A DNA stretch of 64,000 nt, taken from contig CAZTHK010000014.1 of NCBI GenBank assembly GCA_964613215.1, positions 23,216 to 87,215 on the forward strand, in the 5' to 3' direction. Of the stretch, positions 19,969 through 30,091 are shown piece after piece. The stretch is from an uncultured bacterium (GTDB lineage Bacteria > Krumholzibacteriota > Krumholzibacteriia > Krumholzibacteriales > CAZTHK01). The stretch's first letter is position 1. Each line of letters starts with the position of its first letter. The notes below the pieces were generated by a model, which had not been told where the DNA came from, made no database searches, and was given only the letters and a program-made list of their open reading frames with translations. Made by a program: the position numbers and the translations under genes.

Positions 19969-21703
19969 AAGATTTGATCAGATCTTGGTCGAGCTTAGAA
20001 GGAAGCAGGATAAAAAAGGCTACGTACTGAACGAAGAGATCAGCAATTTGATCGATGAGAGTTTCTCTACGGAGGATATAATAAGTCTCTACGACAGGCT
20101 GAGTTCCGAGGGTATTGAATTCTTCGATTCTCAGGATAAAGCCAGGATGAAGATTGAGGCGCGGAAAAAACGCCGGAAGAAGGAGAAGGAAAAGGATAAA
20201 AAGCTCCTTCGTTCCAAGGTTAAATATGATGATCCGGTTAGAATGTATCTTCGGGAGATGGGAAAGGTGCCCCTGTTGGACCGGGAGGGGGAGATTAAAA
20301 TAGCCAAGAGGATAGAGAGGGGAAATTTAAAAATCAAAGAGGCGGTGTTGAGTCTGGATTTTACCACCAGGCAACTTCAGAGGTGTGTTGAGGCTGTGGA
20401 GGATGAAGAAATGAAGCTGAAGCATATTATCAAATTGGAAGAGGGTGGATTGCATCCCCATTTTTCCAGCGAGAAGGAGAAGAGAAAATATATCTCTATT
20501 CTCAAGAAAATAGTGAAGATGCGGGACGAGCTCTCGGATCTGGAGACAAAACTGAATAAGAGGATCAGTAAGAAGAAGGCGGGGGAATGCCGGCGCAAGA
20601 TGGAACGGACCAGGAAGAAGCTCCAGAGTGAGTATAGTAAGTTTGAACTCCGGCCCGCCTTTCTGGAGAAGCTGGTTGCCAGTATCAGGGATATTTTAGG
20701 CAGAATGGAAAAGCCGCATAAAAAAATCTCCCAGTTCGAGGAATTAACCGGAATGACCTGTGAGGAGATGGAGGAGGTGCTGGACCAGGTTAAAAATTCG
20801 AAGAAAAAGAAGAAAATTGAAAAGCAACTTAACTGGTCGGTGAAGCAACTGAAAGGGTTTCATGTAAAATTAAAGGAGCTTAAGAGGGAGTGCAGGAGGA
20901 TCGAGAGGGAAGAGAATATCAATTATCAGACCCTGAAGAGTATTATAAGGGATATAAGGCAGGGTGAGCATGAAGCCGAAAAGGCCAAGCAGGAGATGAT
21001 AGAGGCAAATGTGAGACTGGTTATCTCAATTGCCAAGCGGTATACCAACAGGGGCCTGGAATTCCTGGACCTGATTCAGGAGGGTAACAGCGGCCTTATG
21101 AGGGCGGTGGATAAGTTCGATTACCGCAAGGGATACAAGTTCAGTACCTATGCCACCTGGTGGATCAGGCAGGCCATAACCAGGGCTATTGCTGATCAGG
21201 CTCGTACCATAAGGGTTCCCGTTCACATGATCGAGGCAATAAACAAGGTTTCCCGTACCCAGAGGGAACTTGTTCAGGACTATGGAAGGGAACCGACTCC
21301 TGAGGAGGTAGCCAGGCGTCTGAACTATCCGGTGGGAAAGGTCAAGAGTGTGATGAAGGCGAGTATGGAACCGGTTTCACTGGACCGTCCTATCGGAGAT
21401 GACGAGGACAGCCATTTCAAGGATTTTATCGAGGACGACTCCACCTTCCTTCCCGACCATACGGCAGCTCATTCCATGCTCAAGGACCAGGTTGCCAAGG
21501 TGTTAGCCACCCTGACCCCCCGGGAGGAGAAGGTAGTAAGATTGAGATTCGGACTGGGAGACGGAACCCCCAGAACCCTGGAGGAAGTTGGAACCATATT
21601 CAAGGTAACCCGGGAGAGGGTCAGACAGATAGAGGCCAAGGCCCTTAAGAAACTCATGCATCCCAGCAGGAGCAGAAAGCTTAAGGGTTATATTGATGTT
21701 TAA
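19958..21703 (+). CDS. rpoD: RNA polymerase sigma factor RpoD (sigma-70)
   Basis: It has region 2 ([49 protein letters not shown]) and region 4 ([27 protein letters not shown]). Confidence 0.98.
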   Translation: MNLERFDQILVELRRKQDKKGYVLNEEISNLIDESFSTEDIISLYDRLSSEGIEFFDSQDKARMKIEARKKRRKKEKEKDKKLLRSKVKYDDPVRMYLREMGKVPLLDREGEIKIAKRIERGNLKIKEAVLSLDFTTRQLQRCVEAVEDEEMKLKHIIKLEEGGLHPHFSSEKEKRKYISILKKIVKMRDELSDLETKLNKRISKKKAGECRRKMERTRKKLQSEYSKFELRPAFLEKLVASIRDILGRMEKPHKKISQFEELTGMTCEEMEEVLDQVKNSKKKKKIEKQLNWSVKQLKGFHVKLKELKRECRRIEREENINYQTLKSIIRDIRQGEHEAEKAKQEMIEANVRLVISIAKRYTNRGLEFLDLIQEGNSGLMRAVDKFDYRKGYKFSTYATWWIRQAITRAIADQARTIRVPVHMIEAINKVSRTQRELVQDYGREPTPEEVARRLNYPVGKVKSVMKASMEPVSLDRPIGDDEDSHFKDFIEDDSTFLPDHTAAHSMLKDQVAKVLATLTPREEKVVRLRFGLGDGTPRTLEEVGTIFKVTRERVRQIEAKALKKLMHPSRSRKLKGYIDV

Positions 21704-21776
21704 TGGAAAAATTGTTGAATTCCCGGTACCATCATGTTAGATTCTGTTTTGCCGTATTTTGGATTGAATGGATCAG

Positions 21777-21852
21777 GGGCCCATAGCTCAGTCGGTAGAG
21801 CTACCGGCTCATAACCGGTTGGTCACAGGTTCGAGTCCTGTTGGGCCCACCA
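21777..21852 (+). tRNA. tRNA with anticodon CAU (elongator Met or lysidine-modified Ile2; not an initiator)
   Basis: GGGCCCA acceptor pairs with TGGGCCC, followed by A and CCA. It has a D-arm AGCTCAGTCGGTAGAGCT, anticodon stem-loop ACCGG-CTCATAA-CCGGT and T-arm CAGGTTCGAGTCCTG. Position 1-72 is a G-C pair and the anticodon stem lacks the three G-C pairs of an initiator tRNA. Confidence 0.9.
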
Positions 21853-21865
21853 GAATAGAAGGTTA

Positions 21866-21900
21866 CCCCTCCGGTTTAGATGCCGGAGGGGGCTTTTTTT
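21866..21900 (+). terminator. rho-independent terminator after rpoD and tRNA(CAU)
   Basis: It has a perfect 9-bp stem CCCCTCCGG / CCGGAGGGG (21866-21874 and 21883-21891), followed by a CTTTTTTT run to 21900. Confidence 0.85.
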
Positions 21901-22167
21901 GCCCATCCATTTTCATCACTACCCATATAGATTGCAGTATTTTTCAACTCTTTCCCCTGCAATCAGATAGGTTCATCTGGCAGTTTATATCCGGGTCCGG
22001 ATTTTGCGTATTAAGTTTAGCAATTAAGGGCGGTTGGATGCCCGGCAGAAATGCATCTGAGCTAAAATTGTAATTGCATGAATATCAAACAGTTGGATGG
22101 ATAGATCGAAAAATGATGAGTCCCCGGTCATCTTTATGACCCCATTATTGCAAGCAGAGGAGTTAAA

Positions 22168-23286
22168 ATGCAAAAATTATGGCTGAGGAAGACCCTTCTT
22201 CTGGTATTGATGATAATATCATTTATTTATTTTCAGATACATTCCTGTTCAGAGGAGGGAATAATCGGTCCGGGTGGAGAGAATGGTGGAAAAGGGATAA
22301 ACATAGATAACAAGATCTGCCTGCCCAGGGATATCTATTTTGTAGATGAGAGCTTTGGATGGGTGGTGGGAGCAGCTGGAACAGCCATGTATACAGTTGA
22401 CGGAGGAGAAAACTGGAGTGGAGTGAGTCTGGAGGATTATAACCTGAGAGGGGTATTTTTTCTCGATCAGGTAAAGGGCTGGATAGTGGGGGAAGACGGG
22501 TCGATATTGAGAACCACGGAGGGAGGAATTGAATGGGACAGGATAACTTTTAACGGTTATCCTCAGGATACCGATCTGTATATGGTGGAATTCATGAATG
22601 ACACCCTGGGTTTCATTCATGGATACGGGGGAGTCTACCGGAGTGAAGACGGAGGGATGAACTGGGAGAATTACTGGTTGCCGGTGGTGCCCTACCGGGG
22701 TTCCTGGGGTATGAGTATGGTGGATGAACAGAGAGGATACCTGCTGGGAAGCAGATGGACTCAATCGGATCCCAATCTTATCTACAGGACTGATGATGGC
22801 GCATTGAGCTGGTCAGGAGTGGAGGGATCAAAATCTTCTGTGCTGGAAGCAGTGATGGAAATTGATTTTGTGGATGACACTACCGGATGGACCGGGGGAA
22901 ATACTATCAAAAAGACTGTCAACGGGGGAGATGGCTGGGAAACTCAGCTGGAATCGGCACATGTGAGGGAATTTTCATTGCTCAGCAGTGAGCGTGGGTT
23001 TGCTGTCGGTGGGCTGAAAATTCTGAAGACCGCGGATGGCGGGGAGACCTGGAATGATGTGACCCCCCCGGATGAAGGGATAAAGGATCTCAGGAGTGTA
23101 CACTTTCTCGATAAAGACACCGGTTGGGTTCTGGGATGGGGATACGATAAGCAGATGGAGGGCAAGATACTCAAACACACTCTGATATTGAAAACGGAAG
23201 ATGGAGGAAACAGCTGGAAGATCAGGAACTTCTACTTCGATTATTCCGGTATGAGCGGAGACCCCACTCAGGCAGATTCAATATGA
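22168..23286 (+). CDS. BNR/Asp-box repeat beta-propeller lipoprotein (Ycf48/sialidase-like fold)
   Basis: It has a signal peptide with a lipobox-like IHSC. Seven DGG..W-type repeats are present (VDGGENW, TEGGIEW, EDGGMNW, DDGALSW, VNGGDGW, ADGGETW, EDGGNSW). Confidence 0.75.
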   Translation: MQKLWLRKTLLLVLMIISFIYFQIHSCSEEGIIGPGGENGGKGINIDNKICLPRDIYFVDESFGWVVGAAGTAMYTVDGGENWSGVSLEDYNLRGVFFLDQVKGWIVGEDGSILRTTEGGIEWDRITFNGYPQDTDLYMVEFMNDTLGFIHGYGGVYRSEDGGMNWENYWLPVVPYRGSWGMSMVDEQRGYLLGSRWTQSDPNLIYRTDDGALSWSGVEGSKSSVLEAVMEIDFVDDTTGWTGGNTIKKTVNGGDGWETQLESAHVREFSLLSSERGFAVGGLKILKTADGGETWNDVTPPDEGIKDLRSVHFLDKDTGWVLGWGYDKQMEGKILKHTLILKTEDGGNSWKIRNFYFDYSGMSGDPTQADSI

Positions 23287-23638
23287 TTAAGATCTGATTA
23301 ATCCGGCAATATTATTTGCAAACTCCGACCCTTCCAGGAATTTCATGCCGCTGGCAATGGTTATGGCGGAATAGAATTTTCCAGACAGAAACATTTTCAA
23401 TTGTATACCCCGGCGGAAAAAAAAGAAAAAATTCCTGATAAAATAGCTTGACCCCTGATTATATTATGTTATACCATTTGTTCTTTATTTGGCAAAAATC
23501 TGATGGCTTAAGATGATATGTAAAAAGGAAAGATGATCACGGCACTATACAAGTTAAATTCAAAGAAATCCAGAAGATATTGGCGAATAATGCTTTCCGG
23601 AAGGGAGGCATTTTTGTTTGCTGATGAAAGGTGAATGT

Positions 23639-24385
23639 ATGTCAGTAGAAGAGGATATCCAGTTATTGATAAAATTGGTTCAGAAGGATAGGGAAGTCAA
23701 GAAGAAGAAGAAGCTTCTGGAGAATAATCCTCCCGGGATCGAGGAGATCGACAGAAAGATTAATCTGATGAACCAGAAGTTGGCCGAGAGTAAGAATAAG
23801 CTGGAGAAGCTTGCCAAGGAGAAGCGCAGTCTGGAGCGGGATATCGAAAGCCATAATCAGAAGATCGAAAATGAGAAGGTCAAGCAGCAGGCAGTCAAGT
23901 CCAACAGGGAATTCAGGGCCATGAACGCAGAGATTGATTACCTGAATAAACTGGTAGACCGTGATGAATCCCGTATACTGGAGATCCTGGAAGAAACCGA
24001 AAAGAGAAGGCGTGAGATAGATCAGCTGAATAAGAATGTGAAGACCCAGATCGAAGATCTGGAGGCCCGGAAATCGCGACTGGAGAGTGAGCTGGTTGAC
24101 AGCAGGGAATCATTGCAGATACTGGAGGATGAGAAGAAGAGGATACTGCCTCATCTCTCCGACCGGGTAAGAAAGAAGTATAACCGGATCCTGAGGGTTA
24201 AGGGTGATTCCGGAGTGGCCAATCTGGTGGATGATGTCTGCCATGGCTGTTACAGCAGGGTACCCCCTCAGCAGGCTCATGAAGTAAGGAAGAACAATCA
24301 GATAATTACTTGTGAGACATGTGGCAGGATCCTGGTTCACTATCCCGAAGGAAGGATGGACGGGGGGAAGGAGGAAGATGGGTAA
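23639..24385 (+). CDS. coiled-coil protein with C-terminal C4 zinc ribbon (COG1579/DUF164-type)
   Basis: A long heptad-rich coiled coil is followed by CHGCYSRVPPQQ...ITCETCGRIL. The ORF is open from the TTG at 23618; the ATG at 23639 is preceded by AAAGGTGA. Its stop overlaps the rnhA start (ATGGGTAA). Confidence 0.75.
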   Translation: MSVEEDIQLLIKLVQKDREVKKKKKLLENNPPGIEEIDRKINLMNQKLAESKNKLEKLAKEKRSLERDIESHNQKIENEKVKQQAVKSNREFRAMNAEIDYLNKLVDRDESRILEILEETEKRRREIDQLNKNVKTQIEDLEARKSRLESELVDSRESLQILEDEKKRILPHLSDRVRKKYNRILRVKGDSGVANLVDDVCHGCYSRVPPQQAHEVRKNNQIITCETCGRILVHYPEGRMDGGKEEDG

Positions 24386-24986
24386 AATAAAAAAGCTGCT
24401 GCTTCATCTTTCCCGGGGAGGGAGTATCGATAGTGGCTGGAGAAAGGCTGGATATTCCTCCCTGTCGCTGGCCCGGCAGGCATTGAAGAAGCTGGCTGAA
24501 GAGATACCGGTGGAAGGAGATACCGCCGGTAAATTTTTATATCAGCAGGATGTGAGTGGGGTGGAGAGGCGGGTGGAAGAGGTAGTAGTATATACAGATG
24601 GAGCTTCCAGAGGAAATCCCGGTCCATCAGCGGTGGCCGCTGTAGCCTATCTTCCCTCCGGTGAGATGCTTACCACCTCGGCAAAAAAGATCGGGAAAGC
24701 TACCAACAATGTAGCCGAGTACCTGGCGGTTATCCAGGGATTGAAGCTGGCCCGGGCACTCAAGGCCGCCCGGGTAGAGGTCCGGCTGGACAGCGAACTG
24801 GTGGCCAAACAGATATCGGGGGAATACAGAATGAAAAGTCCGTTGCTTAGACCCCTGCTTACCAGGATAAGAAGGCTGTGCCGCTATTTTAAGAGCTGTA
24901 AATTCAAAAAGATTCCCCGGGAAGACAACCACGAGGCGGATAGAATCGCATCGGCCGTATTGAAGGATAAGCCACCGGAAAATTAA
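24378..24986 (+). CDS. rnhA: ribonuclease HI family protein with an N-terminal extension of about 70 aa
   Basis: It has the DEDD-type core VVYTDGASRGNPGPSA...NNVAEYLAVIQGL...LDSELV...NHEADRIA. The ATG at 24378 follows GGAGGAAG and lies inside an ORF open from 24312. Confidence 0.85.
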   Translation: MGKIKKLLLHLSRGGSIDSGWRKAGYSSLSLARQALKKLAEEIPVEGDTAGKFLYQQDVSGVERRVEEVVVYTDGASRGNPGPSAVAAVAYLPSGEMLTTSAKKIGKATNNVAEYLAVIQGLKLARALKAARVEVRLDSELVAKQISGEYRMKSPLLRPLLTRIRRLCRYFKSCKFKKIPREDNHEADRIASAVLKDKPPEN

Positions 24987-25000
24987 AATTTTTCTCTCTT

Positions 25001-25029
25001 TTGACCTTTACTTCCCCCCGTGTTATATT
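25001..25029 (+). promoter_or_regulatory. putative sigma-70 promoter of rnpB
   Basis: TTGACC (25001-25006), a 17-nt spacer, then TATATT (25024-25029), about 35 nt upstream of the RNase P RNA P1 stem. Confidence 0.5.
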
Positions 25030-25064
25030 TCATTTTAAATATGGTTTCATAACTTGAAGTATCG

Positions 25065-25428
25065 GGCGGAGTGGATCAGGTGATCGCGGGCATATAAGAT
25101 GTGCCCGAGGAAAGTCCGAGCTCCACAGGGCAGGACGCTGGATAACGTCCAGTGAGGGTGACCTTAAGGAAAGTGCCACAGAAAAGATACCGCCCTCGAA
25201 GGAGGGTAAGGGTGAAAGGGTGAGGTAAGAGCTCACCAGTGATAATGGCGACATTATCAGCTAGGTAAACCCCGTCCGGAGAAAGACCAAAAAGAAGAGG
25301 AGAAGTGGCCCGCTTCGTTTGACTCTTGGGTGGGTCGATTGAGGCCGGCGGTAACGCCGGTCCCAGATAAATGATCACCATCTTCCCGCAAGGGGAGAAC
25401 AGAACTCGGCTTACAGATCCGCTCCGCC
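25065..25428 (+). ncRNA. rnpB: RNase P RNA, bacterial type A
   Basis: Universally conserved blocks are present: GAGGAAAGTCCGAGCTCCACAGGGCAGG, AAGGGTGAAAGGGTGAGGTAAGAGCTCACCAG and ACAGAACTCGGCTTACAG. The P1 stem pairs GGCGGAGTGGATC (5') with GATCCGCTCCGCC (3'). The ends are approximate to within a few nt. Confidence 0.93.
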
Positions 25429-25465
25429 GGTGATATATCAGGATATAACAGCAGAAGGGCAATCA

Positions 25466-27172
25466 ATGCCGGTATGGAGAGCCAGGACCGTCGAACCTGA
25501 GACCGTCAGAAGGCTGGCAAGTGAGATGGTAATATCGCCACTGAAGGCGAGGATCCTGGCGGTATGCGGAATCAGAGGTGCTGATCAGGCAGCCAGGTAT
25601 CTATTTCCTTCCTTCAGCTATCTTCACGATCCATTCGAATTCAATGAGATGAAGAGGGCTGTCTACGCAATAAACCGGGCAATTCAGGAGGGTCAGAGGA
25701 TTCTTATCCACGGTGATTACGATGCCGATGGGATATGCGGTACCGCCCTTCTGTATAATGCTCTTAAGAAAATGGGAGCGGATGTTCACTATTTTATCCC
25801 CAACCGGGAAAAAGACGGATACGGGCTGGCCAGAAGGGTGATGGAGAGGGGTATGAAAGTAGGCCTGGGGATGGTGATCTCGGTTGATTGCGGATCCAGC
25901 GACAGGGAGGTGGTTTCCTGCCTGAGGGATGGCGGCGTGTCTGTTATTATCACCGATCATCATGAAATAGGGCAGAGGGTGCCTGAAGCAACCGCATTTA
26001 TTAATCCCAAACTTAACAGTGAGAACTATCCATACCAGAATCTTGCCGGAGTGGGGGTGGCTTTCAAGCTGCTGCAGGGACTGGAGAAACAGATGGGGCT
26101 GGATCTGGATCTGGAAAGAATGCTGGATATTGTTGCCATAGGTACATTGGGTGACTATGTCGATCTGGATGGGGAAAACAGAATTCTGGTCAAACTTGGT
26201 ATGGAGGTGCTGAAGGAATGGAACAGGCCGGGTCTTGAGGCTCTGCGTGAGATCAGCGGCCTGGACCGTGACAGTTCCTCGGCCCGGCGTATTTGCTATT
26301 CCATAATACCGAGGCTCAACTCCACCGGAAGGATTTCCAGCGCCAGGGAAGCAGTGGAGCTGCTCTCCACTCATGATGTGGATGAAGCCGGAAGGATTGC
26401 CCGGAAGATCGAAGAGAAGAACAGACAGCGCAAGAATCACGACAGTGTGGTTACCGAAGAGGCAAGTTACCTGGCGGATATTACTATAAAAAGGGGGGAT
26501 CCTGCTGCTCTGGTTTTTTCATCCTCCTCCTGGCACGAGGGAGTAGTGGGAATAGGCGCTTCCCGGCTGGCGGAGCAGTATAACCGGGTAGCCGCCCTGA
26601 TAGCGGTAAAGGAAAAGCTGGGAAAGGGTTCGGTAAGGTCACCCGGGGGAATAAATATCAAGGAGGTGCTGGACAGGTGTTCTAACTACCTGATGGAGTT
26701 CGGGGGGCATAAGGAAGCCGGGGGATTCACCATATCAGTGGAGGATATTCCGGAGTTTCAGATGTTCTTCGAACAGATAGTGACCGAGCTGGCGGGGGAT
26801 GAAGGAATCAGGGAGAGGAGTATGATTTTCGACGGGGAACTCAATCTGAGTGAATGTACCCTGGATTTGGTTTCCTTCATGGAAGGCCTGGAACCGTTCG
26901 GTCCACGGAATCCCGAACCTGTTTTTCTGATAAGGAGCCTGGAGGCTCTGCCCGGAAGCCGGGAGGTAGGGAAGGGACATCTGAAGCTGGTGGTGGCCCA
27001 CCCCGGTGGAGGGGGATGTGATATGATAGGGTTTTCCCTGGCAGAACGGTGGTCTCCCCGCCGACTGACCGGTAAGTGGATAGATATAGTGGGTCATCTC
27101 AGGAGGAACTGCTACCGGGGAATAGAAAAACCACAGATCGAAATAAGGGATATTCGGTATTCTGAAGGCTAG
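25466..27172 (+). CDS. recJ: single-stranded-DNA-specific exonuclease RecJ
   Basis: It has DHH family motifs ILIHGDYDADGICG, DCGS and ITDHH, plus a DHHA1 region GGHKEAGGF. The ATG at 25466 lies within an ORF open from the GTG at 25430, which would overlap rnpB. Confidence 0.93.
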   Translation: MPVWRARTVEPETVRRLASEMVISPLKARILAVCGIRGADQAARYLFPSFSYLHDPFEFNEMKRAVYAINRAIQEGQRILIHGDYDADGICGTALLYNALKKMGADVHYFIPNREKDGYGLARRVMERGMKVGLGMVISVDCGSSDREVVSCLRDGGVSVIITDHHEIGQRVPEATAFINPKLNSENYPYQNLAGVGVAFKLLQGLEKQMGLDLDLERMLDIVAIGTLGDYVDLDGENRILVKLGMEVLKEWNRPGLEALREISGLDRDSSSARRICYSIIPRLNSTGRISSAREAVELLSTHDVDEAGRIARKIEEKNRQRKNHDSVVTEEASYLADITIKRGDPAALVFSSSSWHEGVVGIGASRLAEQYNRVAALIAVKEKLGKGSVRSPGGINIKEVLDRCSNYLMEFGGHKEAGGFTISVEDIPEFQMFFEQIVTELAGDEGIRERSMIFDGELNLSECTLDLVSFMEGLEPFGPRNPEPVFLIRSLEALPGSREVGKGHLKLVVAHPGGGGCDMIGFSLAERWSPRRLTGKWIDIVGHLRRNCYRGIEKPQIEIRDIRYSEG

Positions 27173-27220
27173 TCAGTTTTTTTATCTCATCGATATAATC
27201 AGTTCAAGGGAGTGAAGTGC

Positions 27221-27673
27221 ATGAGAGTGGTAATTCAGAGAGTCTCCGGAGCCTCCGTGGAGGTGGATGAAGGGATGGTGTCCTCCATTGGCAATGGTAT
27301 AGTTGTTCTGGCAGCTTTCAAGTCGGGCGAAACGGATGAGGAAATGGACTGGATGGCCAGAAAATGCCTTCAGCTGAGGATTTTCGAAGACAGCGAGGGC
27401 AAGATGAACCGCTCGGTACTGGATGAACAGGGAGAGGTGCTGGTAGTGTCGCAGTTCACCCTGTTCGGCAACTGCCGCAAGGGAAGGAGGCCTGCTTACA
27501 CCAGGAGTGCTCCCGCTGGTGAGGCATCAGGTTTATACCGTAAATTCCTGGAGATAATGAATGGATATTACGACCGGGTCTCAGAGGGTGTTTTCGGTGC
27601 CAGGATGAAGGTGAGTCTGGTAAATAACGGGCCGGTAACCCTGATAATCGACCGGGAAGCGGAAGACCTGTAG
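27221..27673 (+). CDS. dtd: D-aminoacyl-tRNA deacylase
   Basis: MRVVIQRVSGASV...VSQFTLFGNCRKGRRP...VSLVNNGPVTLIID is characteristic of Dtd. Confidence 0.93.
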   Translation: MRVVIQRVSGASVEVDEGMVSSIGNGIVVLAAFKSGETDEEMDWMARKCLQLRIFEDSEGKMNRSVLDEQGEVLVVSQFTLFGNCRKGRRPAYTRSAPAGEASGLYRKFLEIMNGYYDRVSEGVFGARMKVSLVNNGPVTLIIDREAEDL

Positions 27674-27685
27674 GAGGAATCAACG

Positions 27686-28294
27686 GTGAATCCATTTTTA
27701 CCCACCCATCTCCAGGAGCGGCTTGTTCTTGCATCGGCATCAGCCAGGCGCAAAAGTATTCTGGAGAGTCTGGGTTTTCAGTTCGAGATAATCCCCCCCC
27801 GCATAGAGGAGGATGTAATCTGGGATGATCCGGAGAGGAGAGCGGTTCTCCTGGCCGAATTAAAGGGTGTGGAGGTACAGCGTAACCGGCCCCGGAGCAC
27901 TATAGTGGCGGCGGATACCATAGTATCTTGTAATGGGGATATACTGGGCAAGCCGGGAACCGACAGGGAGGCGGCCGGAATGATGGAAACCCTCTCCGGG
28001 CGGTCGCATCAGGTAATAACCGGAGTGGTTCTTCTTCATCCTCCCAGTCATCGCATAACCGGCTGCCGCAGTACTACAGTATTTTTCAAGGAACTCAGCG
28101 GAATAGAGATAGAGCAGTATATCGATACCGGGGAACCGTTCGGTAAGGCCGGAGGTTATGCCATCCAGGGTTATGCCTCTGCTTTTGTGGAGGGAATAGA
28201 GGGTTGTTTCTTCAATGTGGTAGGCCTGCCGGTCTTCTGCCTGTTCAGCATGTTCAGAGAGTTGGAGGGGAGAGTGTATGAGGAAAGGCAATGA
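27686..28294 (+). CDS. maf: Maf family nucleoside triphosphate pyrophosphatase
   Basis: LVLASASARRKSIL...AADTIV...KAGGYAIQG motifs. GTG start. Confidence 0.9.
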   Translation: MNPFLPTHLQERLVLASASARRKSILESLGFQFEIIPPRIEEDVIWDDPERRAVLLAELKGVEVQRNRPRSTIVAADTIVSCNGDILGKPGTDREAAGMMETLSGRSHQVITGVVLLHPPSHRITGCRSTTVFFKELSGIEIEQYIDTGEPFGKAGGYAIQGYASAFVEGIEGCFFNVVGLPVFCLFSMFRELEGRVYEERQ

Positions 28295-28312
28295 TATGGA
28301 AAGGGAGGGTAC

Positions 28313-28732
28313 ATGAGTACGTTTCAATCGGAAATAAGACTTTCAACTGAAGGAGACGGATCCATAGTGGATATCACCGGTAGGGTAAAGTCGGTGGTGG
28401 AAGAGAGTGGTGTGGTGGACGGTCAGCTGCTCGTTTTTGTGCCCGGATCAACCGGGGCGATTACCACCATAGAATACGAACCGGGATTGTTGAAAGATAT
28501 GCCGGAGTTTTTTGAGAAGCTGATTCCTTCGGGAGTTGAATATAATCACGATGCCACCTGGGGTGACGGAAACGGGTTTTCCCACCTTCGCGCAGCCCTG
28601 GTAGGGCCTTCACTGACTGTGCCGGTTTCCGGAGGAGAACCGTTGCTGGGGACCTGGCAGCAGATAGTATTCCTGGAATTCGACAACAGGCCCAGGCAGA
28701 GAAAGATACATATAAATATAACGGGGGAATAG
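28313..28732 (+). CDS. yjbQ: YjbQ/UPF0047 family protein (secondary thiamine-phosphate synthase enzyme)
   Basis: 139 aa, with GSTGAITTIEYEPGL...YNHDATWGDGNGFSHLRAAL...PLLGTWQQIVFLEFD. Confidence 0.88.
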   Translation: MSTFQSEIRLSTEGDGSIVDITGRVKSVVEESGVVDGQLLVFVPGSTGAITTIEYEPGLLKDMPEFFEKLIPSGVEYNHDATWGDGNGFSHLRAALVGPSLTVPVSGGEPLLGTWQQIVFLEFDNRPRQRKIHINITGE

Positions 28733-28737
28733 CTGCT

Positions 28738-29883
28738 ATGGAATTTCTGGAAAAGAATGGCCGGAGAGTGCTTCCAACCGTACAGTATGCCGGGGGTGTG
28801 ATCAGAATAATAGATCAGAGCCTTCTTCCCCAACAGGAAGTTATCATCTCCGTGGAGGATGTTGCGGAGATGGCTGAATGTATCGTTAATATGAAGATAA
28901 GAGGTGCTCCGGCCATAGGTATAGCTGCGGCTTTCGGGATTCTGCTTTCTGTGGAAAACTGCCTCAGAATGGAGATGGGTCCTCCGGAGGGCGGTTTTTT
29001 CGATCAGAACAGGGAGATGAGGCCATTCCCCGGCGGTCAGGCCGATCCGGACAGAATGAGGGAAGAGGCAATGAAAGCGTCCCGTATTCTGGAGAAGACC
29101 AGGCCCACAGCGGTAAACCTCTTCTGGGCAATAAGGAGGATGAGAGCTGTGATATCCGATCAGTCCATCAGTGATCCCCTTGATCTGGCCGGGAGGTTAA
29201 GCGGAGAGGCTTTTAATATATATAACCGGGAGCTGGAACGGGAATTCAGGATAGGGGATCACGGCGCTCCCCTGATAGAGGATGGAATGAGTGTTATGAC
29301 TCACTGCAATGCCGGGGGTCTTGCCACTGCCGGCTATGGTACCGCTCTGGGGGTACTCAACCGGGCCAGGGAGAAGGGCAGAAAATTCTCCGTATTTGCA
29401 GGTGAGACCAGGCCACTGCTCCAGGGGGCCCGATTGACTGCCTGGGAGCTCATCGGAAGAGATATCGAAGTGACTCTGCTGTGTGACAACGCTGCCCCCT
29501 CACTTTTCCGGTCTGGAGAGGTGGATGCAGTGATAGTAGGTGCAGACCGGATAGCGGCCAACGGGGATGTGGTCAATAAGGTCGGAACCCTGGGACTGGC
29601 GGTACTCTGTCACAGATACGGAAAACCCTTCTATGTAGCTGCTCCCCGGTCGACTTTCGATCTTAGCCTGGACAGTGGTGAAGTGATACCCATAGAGATA
29701 AGGCTGGGGGAAGAGGTGACGGTCTATCAGGGTAACCGTACCGCTCCCCGGGCGGTTGAGGTGTACAATCCCGCTTTCGACTGTACTGCGGCCGAACTGG
29801 TTACCGCCATAATTACTGAGGAGGGAGTAATCAGGGATCCCGCCGGTACTGATATAAAGTCATTTCTGGGTGAGGAGGATTAA
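28738..29883 (+). CDS. mtnA: S-methyl-5-thioribose-1-phosphate isomerase (eIF-2B alpha/beta/delta family)
   Basis: IRGAPAIG..., ETRPLLQGARLTAWEL, VIVGADRIAANGDVVNKVGT and PFYVAAPRSTFD motifs. Confidence 0.88.
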   Translation: MEFLEKNGRRVLPTVQYAGGVIRIIDQSLLPQQEVIISVEDVAEMAECIVNMKIRGAPAIGIAAAFGILLSVENCLRMEMGPPEGGFFDQNREMRPFPGGQADPDRMREEAMKASRILEKTRPTAVNLFWAIRRMRAVISDQSISDPLDLAGRLSGEAFNIYNRELEREFRIGDHGAPLIEDGMSVMTHCNAGGLATAGYGTALGVLNRAREKGRKFSVFAGETRPLLQGARLTAWELIGRDIEVTLLCDNAAPSLFRSGEVDAVIVGADRIAANGDVVNKVGTLGLAVLCHRYGKPFYVAAPRSTFDLSLDSGEVIPIEIRLGEEVTVYQGNRTAPRAVEVYNPAFDCTAAELVTAIITEEGVIRDPAGTDIKSFLGEED

Positions 29884-30017
29884 AAATAATAAATGAACGG
29901 AAAGATGAACCGGATGGGAATGTTTGACAGGGTTGGGCTAATGGCCGGATACTGCACCACATAAGCACGGCAGGCCGGCAGAATTGCTGTTTTAACTCCG
30001 TATCGTACAATATGGAC

Positions 30018-30046
30018 TTGACAAAAGGGAGTTAAGAATTTAAGTT
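30018..30046 (+). promoter_or_regulatory. putative sigma-70 promoter of rplM-rpsI
   Basis: TTGACA (30018-30023), a 17-nt spacer, then TAAGTT (30041-30046). Confidence 0.45.
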
Positions 30047-30091
30047 TAATTGTTTAATTCCCAATGTAATGTGTGATTCTGGAGGAGAGGA

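Noticed and set aside
21768-22073. A 101-aa + strand ORF.
   Set aside because: It starts inside and reads straight through the tRNA(CAU) gene and its terminator, so it is not a protein gene.
25030-25466. Three minus-strand ORFs (74, 128 and 69 aa).
   Set aside because: They overlap the RNase P RNA gene, which is identified by its universally conserved sequence blocks on the + strand.
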